Source: a candidate division WOR-3 bacterium
Lineage (GTDB): Bacteria > Hydrothermota > Hydrothermia > B15-G9 > WFZT01
NCBI GenBank assembly: GCA_027053075.1
Contig: JALUEE010000047.1
Span: 11,155 to 75,154 of the forward strand
DNA: 64,000 nt
Direction: 5' to 3'
In this document: one piece after another, positions 19,694-29,923 of the stretch
How positions within the stretch are numbered: position 1 is the first letter of the stretch
Layout: each line of letters begins with the position of its first letter
Program-made: the position numbers and the translations under genes
The notes under the pieces: model-generated
What the model was told of the DNA's origin: nothing
Database searches by the model: none
Seen by the model: only the letters and a program-made list of their open reading frames with translations

Positions 19694-21763
19694 CTACCTC
19701 ACTACAAGCACCTTACCAAACTTTCCATCCACCGAGTAATAGTAAATACCCGGTGCAAATCCTCTCAAATCAATTTCCTTTCTCCCAACACCGTTGAGCC
19801 TGAAACTCTTAACCCTTCTCCCATCTACACTGTATAAATCAACTCTCAGATTACGCGATTCCCGAATATTCAACTCGATCCTGTTTACCATGGCCTTAAC
19901 TTCCAGGCTCTCGAAAGCATTTCCACTTTCCTCCACACCTGTCATCGGGAAATGGAATATATACAATCCATCACCGCGGTCATCTGCAATAATATAATCG
20001 GGCTCAAGCATAAGTCTCCATACCCAATCGGGCGTGTCAAAGGAATCTGCTACAGTCGGATTAGATAGGTTGGACACATCATACACCACAAGTCCACCAG
20101 CTTCTTCACCGGCAAAGAGATAGTGTCCATAAGCTGCCACATCCCTCACATTTGCGTCTGTAGTAATGTGAGACAACATTACAGGACTTGTGGGATCGGC
20201 AACGTTGTAAATGTAAATTCCGTCATTCCAGGCACCTGCAAAAGCAATTGTATCCTCTACCCAAATTCCGTAAGTCTTTCCACCGTGGACCATTGCCCCG
20301 ATTTCCTGCGGAGACTGAGGGTTGGCCACATTGATTATTCTCACCCCACCAGACCTGTCAGCAACATATACAAGCGTGTCTTTTTTGAAAAGCTTGAAGG
20401 CCACATTCTGCGTCGGCACATGAGAAATTACCTGAATATTTCCCGGATTAGCAAGATTTACTATATAAAATCCATCAGATGCAGCCGCAACATACCCAAG
20501 AGTATCCTCAGCGATAATATCGTAGATATTTGTGGCAATGCTGGCAGAACTTTCAAAAACAGGATTTGTCGGGTCGGATAGATCATAGACCCATAAACCC
20601 ATAGATGCAGCGGCAACAAATAGCTTTCCATTGGAAACCGATGCACCCCACGCAAAGTCAGGTGCTGCGGTCACAGCGTTAACATACTGAGGATTCGAAA
20701 GGTCACTCACATCAAGTACAAAAATTGGACTCCACGCTCCCACTGTGTAAAGATAGTTCCCGTATTTGGCCATTCCCCAGACCCAGAATCCTGTCTGAAT
20801 TTGACTTACAAGTGTTAGGTTATGTGGGTTTGACCAGTCAAAAATTTTAAATCCACGCGTTCTATCACCTTCGTAAATATAACTCGAATCAAGCACAAAT
20901 TTACTCGCCGTTCCATCCGTATCATAAAAACCAAGCACAGTAGGTAACATTGGATTCGAAACGTCATACACGTAAATGCCTCTCGTCCAGTGAGTGACGA
21001 CACAGTAGTTTCCAAGAACCTTAACGTCCCAGGCATAACTACCAGGGTCATAGCTACCGAGATAGACCGGATTTGTGGGGTCGGCAACATTTAGAGTAAC
21101 AAGTCCATTTCCGCCATATGCAATATATGCAACTGTGTCTTTAACCCATATTCCGTAGGCGTATGAAGTTCCGAGACTCCAGGAATTTACAAGCGTCGGG
21201 TTGGATGGATCAGAAATATTTAGAATTTTTATCCCATTCCCATAATCGGCAATGTATGCGAGTGTATCCTGGACAAATACTGATAATACTGCATCCACAT
21301 TGTTACTAAATCTTCCCACCTGAACAGGTGCTGCAGGGTTGGAAACATTGTAGATTCCGAGACCATACTCCCTTGCCGCAACGTATAGAAGCGTATCCTC
21401 CACCCAGAGACCGAGAACACGCCACGTGGTGTCAGCCGTAACCGTGGCTATCACATGGGCACTATCTACGTTGTGAACATCAGCCACTGAGAAACCAGTG
21501 TAAGAATTTGCAATGTAAAGATATCCATTTTGATACTTCAAACCGTGCACAATATCTGGCGTATAAAACCAGTTCAAAACCTGAGGATTGGAGGGCGTTG
21601 AAACATCCACTATCAAAACAGCAGCTCCTCCACCAATGTAAAGAGTATCTCCATGTTTGGCAACCGCCTCAGAAGGCCCCCACAATGCGCGTGATACAAG
21701 GTTTAATCCCTGTGCTCCAACAACCCCCACGGTCAGGGTTAGCGCCAACAATAACTTCTTCAT
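19694..21763 (-). CDS. secreted LVIVD-repeat beta-propeller protein with T9SS-type C-terminal sorting domain
   Basis: A signal peptide is present. A ~40-aa unit recurs more than 10 times (YVADxxxGxxIxNVSNPxxP). The C-terminal ~80 aa resemble a Por secretion tail. Confidence 0.5.
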   Translation of the reverse strand: MKKLLLALTLTVGVVGAQGLNLVSRALWGPSEAVAKHGDTLYIGGGAAVLIVDVSTPSNPQVLNWFYTPDIVHGLKYQNGYLYIANSYTGFSVADVHNVDSAHVIATVTADTTWRVLGLWVEDTLLYVAAREYGLGIYNVSNPAAPVQVGRFSNNVDAVLSVFVQDTLAYIADYGNGIKILNISDPSNPTLVNSWSLGTSYAYGIWVKDTVAYIAYGGNGLVTLNVADPTNPVYLGSYDPGSYAWDVKVLGNYCVVTHWTRGIYVYDVSNPMLPTVLGFYDTDGTASKFVLDSSYIYEGDRTRGFKIFDWSNPHNLTLVSQIQTGFWVWGMAKYGNYLYTVGAWSPIFVLDVSDLSNPQYVNAVTAAPDFAWGASVSNGKLFVAAASMGLWVYDLSDPTNPVFESSASIATNIYDIIAEDTLGYVAAASDGFYIVNLANPGNIQVISHVPTQNVAFKLFKKDTLVYVADRSGGVRIINVANPQSPQEIGAMVHGGKTYGIWVEDTIAFAGAWNDGIYIYNVADPTSPVMLSHITTDANVRDVAAYGHYLFAGEEAGGLVVYDVSNLSNPTVADSFDTPDWVWRLMLEPDYIIADDRGDGLYIFHFPMTGVEESGNAFESLEVKAMVNRIELNIRESRNLRVDLYSVDGRRVKSFRLNGVGRKEIDLRGFAPGIYYYSVDGKFGKVLVVR

Positions 21764-21984
21764 AACTTTACCTCCTTTTTATATCGAGGTGATATTATAA
21801 CCCTATTCGCTGCGGAGAATAAACCGACAATTAAATAAAAATACAAGTAAAATGATGATTTATGCACTGACCGGATAAAAATAAAAGTGCCGAAAATTCC
21901 AGATTACCGTTAAAAGGGGGCCTCTGCCTCTATCCAGCGTGCGTAATGATGAGAGGGAGTTACCTCTCGTCAAAGGCACGGATG

Positions 21985-22833
21985 TCATTTAACAATAAGT
22001 ATTTTTCTGAAATTTTTCCCCGTCCTTAGCAAATAAAATCCAGATTTAGGAACTCCCCGGATTCTCCTCCCGGTTATATCAAATAATTCTCCATCCGGAA
22101 TGGGGATTTTCCCGGCTGAAATTATTGCTTTTTCTTCAATAGATACGGAATTTAACGCATTCTCGATAATTTGAATAAACCATCCCCAATCACTTCCCGA
22201 ATCTGGCAACTCCGATGCAAAATTCGTGCTGTCTCTGTCACTATCCTCTTCGATTTCTGGGTGAACACCACTTAAGATAACCTTACCGTCCCCGTAATTT
22301 AGTTCGATGATAGCAGGTTCATTATTGACATTGTAAATAGCTATGGTATCAAAATTTCCGCCAGAAAAATATGGGCCTCCGTAGTAGAGGACCCATTCCG
22401 TTGAATCCTGCAAATTAATAGATGCCATGTTGTAGCTTGGCCATGGGGCGATCGAATCAATTGGACCAATAGCCGCTCCACTGTAAAGTGAGAGCGGATA
22501 AGAATATGACCTGCCTTCCCAGATCACGGTTCTTGACGCAAAGTAAGCCCCAGCGCAGATACCAACATAAACTCCACCATTCTGGACGAAACTTCTTATG
22601 TGAGAGATACCCGCAGAGTTTATGTTTCGCCTGTAATTGACAGCCCATCCTCCGGGGATCACAAGAACGTCGTAAGCATTTAACGGACTGGAATTAATAA
22701 AGCTGGCGTTAACAGTATCCACGTAAAAATTATAAAACCTGAACATCTGGATCAGGGCAACTTTGCCATCATCCCACACACCTTGACCGGTAAACAACGC
22801 CACCCTGAATGCGAGTATCATGAGCAAAAGCAT
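21985..22833 (-). CDS. secreted class-I glutamine amidotransferase-like (BPL_N/DJ-1-like) domain protein with T9SS-type C-terminal domain
   Basis: A GATase1-like nucleophile-elbow context (VYVGICAGAYFAS) is present, and the C-terminus resembles the sorting tail in the other two secreted proteins. Confidence 0.35.
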   Translation of the reverse strand: MLLLMILAFRVALFTGQGVWDDGKVALIQMFRFYNFYVDTVNASFINSSPLNAYDVLVIPGGWAVNYRRNINSAGISHIRSFVQNGGVYVGICAGAYFASRTVIWEGRSYSYPLSLYSGAAIGPIDSIAPWPSYNMASINLQDSTEWVLYYGGPYFSGGNFDTIAIYNVNNEPAIIELNYGDGKVILSGVHPEIEEDSDRDSTNFASELPDSGSDWGWFIQIIENALNSVSIEEKAIISAGKIPIPDGELFDITGRRIRGVPKSGFYLLRTGKNFRKILIVK

Positions 22834-23656
22834 GTAAAGATTTTACAAGCAAAATGTGTCTGAAAGCAAATTACAGATAATTGAGATCAGGGCTCATCAA
22901 TCTAAGTCGCACTTATTTGTGCAAGTTATTTCTACTCTCTACCATGCTAAATACTCATTCCAGGGATATGAGCATGAGGTTCTCTCGGGATTATAACATA
23001 GACATTCATCTTCTGCTTGCTTGGGTGTAAATCAATAACAACCAGGAACTTCTCTAAGCATAGTCTCCAGGGAGGTATAGATCGAATCGGAAGACGGGGG
23101 AGGATGTCTTATATTTCGCTGATTCTTGCATTTTGGCTTCATGTTCGCGTTTTGAGCTGTTTCAATACGTCTTTTATGAGTAAAAGGGAATAACACCGTA
23201 GGAAGAAATTCTTTAACTTCCTTAATAATTCTCCCGTTTGCGGCCTGAAAGATGAATCGAAGAGGTTGAAAATTCCCCCATGTTCTGCGCTCATCAGAGT
23301 TAGAGCTCTATTTCTGGGTCTTTGTAAACGTCTGGAGGTTCGTATGTTCCGGGGTCGTCAGAGTTGCCGAGCTTTTCCAGTTGTTTGTCTTGCATGTCGA
23401 GAATTTTCTTCTGTTCCCCTGATCGTTGATTATCCTTTTTCCACTTTCTCTGCAAGCGTTGTCCTGAAAAAAATGGTAATTGGAAAAACTGGTGAGCTCC
23501 CTCCCTCGCTTGCGAAGCAAACGGGCTCTTTTACGCTCAGAAACGTTGGTTGGGATAAGTTAGCGCCCCGCATTTCTCGAAATCTCATTCCGTAGAGGTG
23601 TTTGGATAAGTTAGCATTCTTCCCCGCCTGCAAAATAAGTAGGGGAGCTGCCTGAA

Positions 23657-23890
23657 TTAAATCCAGCTCTGCGTCATGAGCACGGGTATTTGTGAGAAAG
23701 TGGATTTCTGGGCACTAAGAATTAAATCAAGCTCTGTGACATAAGCACCATCCGCGAGAGAAGAGATTACATTCACGACCTTAAAGACAATAGGAATTAA
23801 ATCCAGCTCTATAACATAGTCACTTAAAAAACAACGCTGAGCTGGTTTTGAAAGAGCATGAATTAAAATCAGCTCTATAACACAGTCACC
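23657..23890. repeat. four degenerate ~30-bp direct repeats (GAATTAAATCCAGCTCT..N..CA.AG.CAC) with 35-45 bp non-conserved spacing
   Basis: Units begin near 23657, 23718, 23793 and 23860. It lies ~450 bp upstream of the CRISPR leader. Confidence 0.5.
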
Positions 23891-24349
23891 CTCCCGTGGT
23901 TTTTTTGGTAGAACCTTTTTCATAGGCTTTTTCATAGTCACCCTCCCCCACTTGCTCTGCAAGTGGAGGAGTAGTCCAGTTCCCACCTTCGAAACTAAGG
24001 AAGTTTCCCTCCCCCACTTGCCCTGCAAGTGGGGGAGGGCAAGGGAGGGGGCATTCCGCTTGAAAATTTTAAAAACTTAAGACGTTTATCTTCTTCCCCC
24101 TTGCGCAAGTAGGAATATTACTAACCTTTAAGTGACCAAAATTACTCCAACAAGTTTGGAAAAATTTTAAAAAGACACTGACATCGTCAACTACTATTAG
24201 TGGAATCCCAATCTTTTTACGACTAAAGTGTTGAAAATTCACGATTTCAATAAAAATTAAAGAGTTTTACCATCTTAGTGTCTAAATTTTATTTCCCTAC
24301 CAAAGCAAACTGCTTGCAGAATCAGCCACTTAAATTTATCATATATGTG

Positions 24350-25635
24350 TTCCGATCCTACCTACGAGGCATGGAAATTATCATCCACCTGAACGTCCCA
24401 TGAAGCAGAATCAAGTTCCGATCCTACCTACGAGGCATGGAAATGAAAAATTCGGAATCAATTGCCCTGTAAGTGAATTGTTCCGATCCTACCTACGAGG
24501 CATGGAAATATTGGCCTTGTTCCTGCAGAAAACATAAGAGTGTCTTTGTTCCGATCCTACCTACGAGGCATGGAAATTTGAGATTGAGAAGTAGCCGTCA
24601 GTAGTGGAGATAGGTTCCGATCCTACCTACGAGGCATGGAAATTCCCCATATTCAGCTCGATATAGTTTTTTCAATTCGTTCCGATCCTACCTACGAGGC
24701 ATGGAAATTACCTCCTTTTATTTTAATTATCCCTAAACCTAACGTTCCGATCCTACCTACGAGGCATGGAAATGCTTTGACTGATTGAGGTATGTGGAAA
24801 GTAAGTAAAGAGTTCCGATCCTACCTACGAGGCATGGAAATTTTTGTTTATAATCCCTTTCATAACATTTCTCCTCGTTCCGATCCTACCTACGAGGCAT
24901 GGAAATGCGATCTTCTCAGAGAAATACGGGAACTAAAAGAGGGTTCCGATCCTACCTACGAGGCATGGAAATGCAAAAGTCCCAGGTAATTGCCCTGGAG
25001 AATCCCTTGTTCCGATCCTACCTACGAGGCATGGAAATCTCCGTTGCCGGCTAATCCGAATGCAAGGGTATTGGTTCCGATCCTACCTACGAGGCATGGA
25101 AATTAGATATCGAGAAGATTCTGAGGCTTCCGGTGTATTGTTCCGATCCTACCTACGAGGCATGGAAATCATTTCTATTTTCTAACTTGGGTTTCACAAA
25201 TTTTTCCCGTTCCGATCCTACCTACGAGGCATGGAAATAAACCAATATCACCAAATCCTATATAATCATGACTTTCGTTCCGATCCTACCTACGAGGCAT
25301 GGAAATGAATAGACTATAAAAGCCCAGCCGTTTTGAGTTGGTGTTCCGATCCTACCTACGAGGCATGGAAATTATGTTTGGAAACATGAAATAAAATGGT
25401 ATAAGAGAGTTCCGATCCTACCTACGAGGCATGGAAATCCGGAAGACCCAGAAAAGATAAAGGAACTTGATGTAGTTCCGATCCTACCTACGAGGCATGG
25501 AAATACGGTTTTATCCACACCGTACACGGAGTTTGACAGGGTTCCGATCCTACCTACGAGGCATGGAAACTCCAATCCTCTTTTAAGACAAATACATACG
25601 GCAATGTTCCGATCCTACCTACGAGGCAAAAAATT
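24350..25635 (+). CRISPR. CRISPR array, 20 repeats of 30 bp (GTTCCGATCCTACCTACGAGGCATGGAAAT), 19 spacers of 34-39 bp
   Basis: - The period is exactly 65-69 bp.
- Repeat 19 ends in C instead of T.
- Repeat 20 is degenerate (..GAGGCAAAAAATT), which places the leader at the 24.1-24.35 kb AT-rich side and transcription on the + strand.
- The repeat starts GTTCC.AT like the P. furiosus type III/I repeats; the predicted 8-nt crRNA tag is AUGGAAAU. Confidence 0.95.
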
Positions 25636-25714
25636 TGGTCTATCTTCTCTGACTCATTGACCTTCTGAGATTGCTTTGAAGATAAAAAATTTTGGGATTT
25701 TGAAACGTCCTCCA

Positions 25715-25755
25715 CGCGGTTTTGCCCACAAACGAAGTTTGTGGGCAAAACCGCG
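25715..25755 (+). terminator. perfect 18-bp hairpin with CGAAG loop immediately after the terminal CRISPR repeat
   Basis: CGCGGTTTTGCCCACAAA-C-GAAG-TTTGTGGGCAAAACCGCG. It has no U-run, so it may act as a pre-crRNA 3' boundary or REP-like element rather than a classic terminator. Confidence 0.4.
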
Positions 25756-25849
25756 AAAATACATTCACCCCACCATCAAAAACTATCCCTTCCCATCCCT
25801 CCACCTCCAATTCTTGTTTGAAAGCTCCCCATTCGTTAGAATTTTCGAC

Positions 25850-27724
25850 ATGACCCTGAGGAAAAGACTTTCAATCTACACCATAATTCTCGTAGTGGTT
25901 TTCATCACTACCGCCACCGGAATCTATTACGTCATCTCCACAAACTCCCTCAAAAAGGAACTCTTCTCTCAGGGTGAACTCATGGTCCAGCAGAACATCC
26001 TTCTACTTGATGACTTCTTTAGTAATGCAAGGAATATCACCGAGGCTATTGCAGCCAGCGAAAAACTCAAAAACTACCTCCTCAACCCTTCAAAAACCCT
26101 GCAACTTTCCCTCGAACAGGAGTTCCTCCAGATTTATAAAAAAATTGACATTATCCAGGCAATTAGACTCGTGGATACTTCCGGCCACATTCGTGTGTTT
26201 ATCAAGGAAGGCGAAATCTTATCAGAAAATCCGCGTTACACAAAAATCAGCCTTTCTCACAAAAAATTTTTCATAAAAGCGAGGAATTACAAAGGCAAAG
26301 GAGTCATTTTCTCTAATATGGAACGCGGAAAACTCCCCAACGAAGAAACCTTCTGCCCCTCAATGGTTAGATCCATAAAACCCCTCACTCGCAATAATCA
26401 AAGAATTGGATACCTTGTCATAAATTTCTGGGGTGACAAAATCGGTAGTACACTGAATCTAAACAAAGACCCGGAGAGAAAACACTCATTCCTTGTCGAA
26501 ATCAACCTCAGAGACTCTACAAGGAATGGCATTTTCCTCTACCACTGGAACAAAAAATACGAATTTGCTAATCAATTCAGAACCGGTTATACATTTCAGG
26601 GAATGTACGGCCCCGACCTCTGGCAAAAATTAACATCTCACAAATGCGGAGTTATGAGATTAAAATCGGGGGATTTCATGTTTTTCGATACATTCTATCC
26701 TTACAAAGATTCTCTGCAGGCATGGAAAGTCTGCTCAATCCTCAACCATGATCAATTCTTCAAAAGTGTAGTTTACATCAAAAGATTTTACTTTCTCATT
26801 GTCCTTGTATCTATCGTTTTTGTAATAATTTTCTCGCACTCTTTCAGCCGAAAATTTACAAACCCCATCTGGCAAATCCTTGGACAACTCGAGAGAATTG
26901 GCAGGGGAGACCTCTCAGGGATAGACCCCATAAAAGGGGATTACGAAATTGAAATAATCTCAAAAAGCATAAGCAGCATGGTGGAATCCTTAAGAAAATA
27001 CATTGAGGAACTCCATGACACTCGCAAAAAGCTTGAAATGCTTGACAGACTTTCATCTCTGGCTACCCTCTCAGCAGGTCTGGCCCACGAACTCAGCACA
27101 CCACTTAATTCGATAATATTGATATCCGAAATGCTCGCAGACGAGCTCGAAGGAGAAAAGAAAGACGACGTTCTGACTATAAAAAATCAGGCAGAAAGAT
27201 GCATGAAAATAATTCACAGCCTGAGAGAGTTCTCCGCACGCAAACTCGAAGACGAGCACATTGAACTTATTCGACTTGGGGAAGTAATTAAAAAATTGAA
27301 GCCATTACTCGAGTTCTACGCCTCAAAATTTAACTTTGAAGTCAAACTTCAGGATACCGGTCTCATCAAAGGTAATCGCATTCAGATTGAGCAACTCATA
27401 ATAAACCTGGTGATAAATGCGGTGGACGCCCTGAAAAGCACAAAAAATGGGGTTATAAGGCTGGAGACATTTAATGAAAACGGACATGTTGTCCTGAAAA
27501 TTGAGGATAACGGTGAGGGAATTTCCAACGAGCACATAAACAGGATTTTCGATCCGTTTTTCACAACAAAGGATGTGGGGAAAGGAACAGGTCTTGGCTT
27601 ATCTATTGTTCACGGGATCATAAAATCCCACGGTGGGCATATCGACGTAAAATCCGAGAAAGGCAGGGGGACTATTTTTATCATAAGATTTCCGGAGGCA
27701 AAAAATGAAAATTCTATTAATTGA
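25850..27724 (+). CDS. sensor histidine kinase with large periplasmic sensor domain (2 TM, HisKA, HATPase_c)
   Basis: - The H-box is LSAGLAHELSTPLN.
- N/G boxes include GTGLGLSIVHG.
- The ATG at 25850 (MTLRKRLSIYTI..) is preferred over the TTG at 25676, which overlaps the hairpin. Confidence 0.8.
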   Translation: MTLRKRLSIYTIILVVVFITTATGIYYVISTNSLKKELFSQGELMVQQNILLLDDFFSNARNITEAIAASEKLKNYLLNPSKTLQLSLEQEFLQIYKKIDIIQAIRLVDTSGHIRVFIKEGEILSENPRYTKISLSHKKFFIKARNYKGKGVIFSNMERGKLPNEETFCPSMVRSIKPLTRNNQRIGYLVINFWGDKIGSTLNLNKDPERKHSFLVEINLRDSTRNGIFLYHWNKKYEFANQFRTGYTFQGMYGPDLWQKLTSHKCGVMRLKSGDFMFFDTFYPYKDSLQAWKVCSILNHDQFFKSVVYIKRFYFLIVLVSIVFVIIFSHSFSRKFTNPIWQILGQLERIGRGDLSGIDPIKGDYEIEIISKSISSMVESLRKYIEELHDTRKKLEMLDRLSSLATLSAGLAHELSTPLNSIILISEMLADELEGEKKDDVLTIKNQAERCMKIIHSLREFSARKLEDEHIELIRLGEVIKKLKPLLEFYASKFNFEVKLQDTGLIKGNRIQIEQLIINLVINAVDALKSTKNGVIRLETFNENGHVVLKIEDNGEGISNEHINRIFDPFFTTKDVGKGTGLGLSIVHGIIKSHGGHIDVKSEKGRGTIFIIRFPEAKNENSIN

Positions 27725-28991
27725 AGACGACGCTGTATTATGCAAAACGCTCGCGAAGATCCTGAGAAAGTATCATCACGTGGATGCATTCACAGACTCT
27801 CAAAAAGCGCTAAACCACCTTTCGTCCACTACTTATGATGTAGTTCTAACAGATGTTCGTATGCCTGGAGTCTCTGGCATAGACATTTTACAGCATGTCA
27901 TGACTCATTCACCTGGCACGCATGTAATTTTATTTACGGGATACGGGACGGTTGATGAGGCGGTTCGTGCCATAAAAATGGGAGCATACGATTACATTCT
28001 GAAACCAATCGATACCACTTATCTCCTTTTGAAGCTTGAAAAGCTTGAAGAGATGAACTGCGATTTCCTTGCAAAATCTGAAGTCAATCTTGTGTATCAA
28101 AGTCAGGCAATGAAGTCCGTCGTGGATATGGCCCTCAAAGTGGCTCAAACTGATTCCACTGTGCTCCTAACTGGCGAAACCGGCGTGGGGAAAAATCTTG
28201 TTGCAAAACTCATTCATCTGAACAGCAAAAGGAAATCGAGGAAATTCCTCTCGTTTAACTGTGCGAATCTTCAGGAATCTCTCTTCGAGGGAGAATTATT
28301 TGGATATCGCAAGGGGGCATTTACGGGCGCAGTGAATGATAAAAAGGGCATTATCGAGCTTGCTCACAGGGGAACACTGGTGATTGACGAAATAACCGAA
28401 ATGCCAGTGAACATTCAGGCAAAATTTCTAAAATTCCTCGAGGAAAAGGCCTTTTTTAAGCTCGGAGATAATGAACAAACCCGGGTTGATGTTAGAATAA
28501 TTGCTATCACAAACAAAGACATTGAATCAATGGTGAAAAGTGGAAAGTTCAGGGAAGACCTGTTTTACAGAATAAATGTTTTCAGGATTCATATCCCACC
28601 TTTGAGGGATAGGAAAGAAGACATTCCTGTTCTTGCTCGCTATTTTCTTGATAAATTCAAAGAGATAAATCCAGGAATTACTGGAATTTCCGATGAAGCA
28701 ATGGAAAAGCTCATGGCCTACGATTACCCCGGGAATGTGCGGGAACTCTCAAACATCATTGAAAGGGCGATGATACTTTCGAGAAGTGAGAGGTGGATTC
28801 TTCCCCATCACATAACAACTCTTTTTGGCAGACCACAGGTAACGAACCTGAGTCTTGATGAGCTAACAAGACGACATATTTTATCGGTACTTCAATTTAC
28901 CGGAGGGGACAAATCAAAAGCCGCGAAGATACTTGGAATTGACCGCTCTACCCTGTACAGGAAGCTGAAGGAGTATGGGATAGAGGTATAG
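27705..28991 (+). CDS. sigma-54-dependent response regulator (NtrC family: REC, AAA+, HTH)
   Basis: The REC domain has DDAVL..D. Walker A is GETGVGKNL. The GAFTGA motif is present (GAFTGAV), along with ESELFGH-like EGELFGY and a C-terminal HTH. Confidence 0.85.
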   Translation: MKILLIEDDAVLCKTLAKILRKYHHVDAFTDSQKALNHLSSTTYDVVLTDVRMPGVSGIDILQHVMTHSPGTHVILFTGYGTVDEAVRAIKMGAYDYILKPIDTTYLLLKLEKLEEMNCDFLAKSEVNLVYQSQAMKSVVDMALKVAQTDSTVLLTGETGVGKNLVAKLIHLNSKRKSRKFLSFNCANLQESLFEGELFGYRKGAFTGAVNDKKGIIELAHRGTLVIDEITEMPVNIQAKFLKFLEEKAFFKLGDNEQTRVDVRIIAITNKDIESMVKSGKFREDLFYRINVFRIHIPPLRDRKEDIPVLARYFLDKFKEINPGITGISDEAMEKLMAYDYPGNVRELSNIIERAMILSRSERWILPHHITTLFGRPQVTNLSLDELTRRHILSVLQFTGGDKSKAAKILGIDRSTLYRKLKEYGIEV

Positions 28992-29876
28992 ATAGTCGGG
29001 AGTGACCAATTGAGTCTGTTCGAAAGTTCATTCTTTAATATCTACATTTGGGAAACAACTGAACCTAAGTTTCCTCTCTCCCACGCAGAGCGTGGGAGAG
29101 GGTTTTAAAAGGGTGACACTCCGCTTGAAGATTAGAAGTTTAGGATAACGATCTCATGTAGGGTTGAAAAGGGAGTTTGAATACTCATTTTATACGAAAA
29201 CTTTGAATTATGTTGCCCCTCTCCTTTTATCCTCTCCCCGCAAGTATTTATGCGGGGAGAGGAGTATTTTGCGTTTGGAAATATTCGGCTCCCAGGTCGA
29301 TTTTCGAAGGGCTTTAGGTAGGGGGTTACGTCAGAAACTTTCGAGTGTTATACTACGATAGAGTCATTAGACAGAAATCCTTAAATTCAATCTTTCATCA
29401 TTTCCTCCATCCCTGGGAATGAAATGGGCAGGGAGATTCCTCTTTAAATTCCAGATAAATTGAAATTCTTCGAACACACTTTGACCAATTAAATTTAGAA
29501 ATTTTTGCATTGATTATCGAGGCGTTCACTGATTCGGGATTGTTTAGAACAGAGTGGTAGGGTATGTAGAAACGTTATTGGTGCCGCCGCAAGCTTCGCT
29601 TGCGGCGGCACCAACAAAAAACGGCATTCCACTCGAATAGAATTTCTTAAACCCCACAAAAGATATTTTCCCCAACCAAAATCAAACCACCACTGATCAA
29701 CCTGGTCAGCTCTTTTATCTCCGAAAGTTTAGCCCTTTCAACTAACCCAAACTTTATCAGTTGCTTCTTGTGTAGATTGAGATATCTTTTTGTTGCATTC
29801 TGCGACATAATTGACACCAATCGTCTCATTTTAAGACTGATGGCATCCGAAATCCCCTAATTTACTTACAAAGCTG

Positions 29877-29892
29877 TGGCAGAAAAATTGCA
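29877..29892 (+). promoter_or_regulatory. sigma-54 promoter TGGCAG-N5-TTGCA upstream of the cytochrome gene
   Basis: It matches the -24 GG / -12 GC consensus (TGGCAC-N5-TTGCW). An AAGGAGG RBS lies ~17 nt downstream, and the ATG is at 29924. Confidence 0.65.
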
Positions 29893-29923
29893 TCTCACTC
29901 TCCGACAAAAGGAGGTGAAGTGT

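Noticed and set aside
23657-24028. 123-aa minus-strand ORF
   Set aside because: It is built from the tandem repeat units (VIELILI / YVIELDLI / YVTELDLI). It has no RBS and is repeat-derived.
24792-25748. ORFs 24792..24989 (+), 25372..25575 (-) and 25554..25748 (-)
   Set aside because: They lie entirely inside the CRISPR array or its terminal hairpin. Their proteins contain the repeat translated periodically (FPCLVGRIGT / SDPTYEAWK every 22 aa). They are artefacts of the array.
29647-29829. 60-aa minus-strand ORF upstream of the cytochrome gene
   Set aside because: It is short, sits in the sigma-54 enhancer/promoter region and has no supporting signals.
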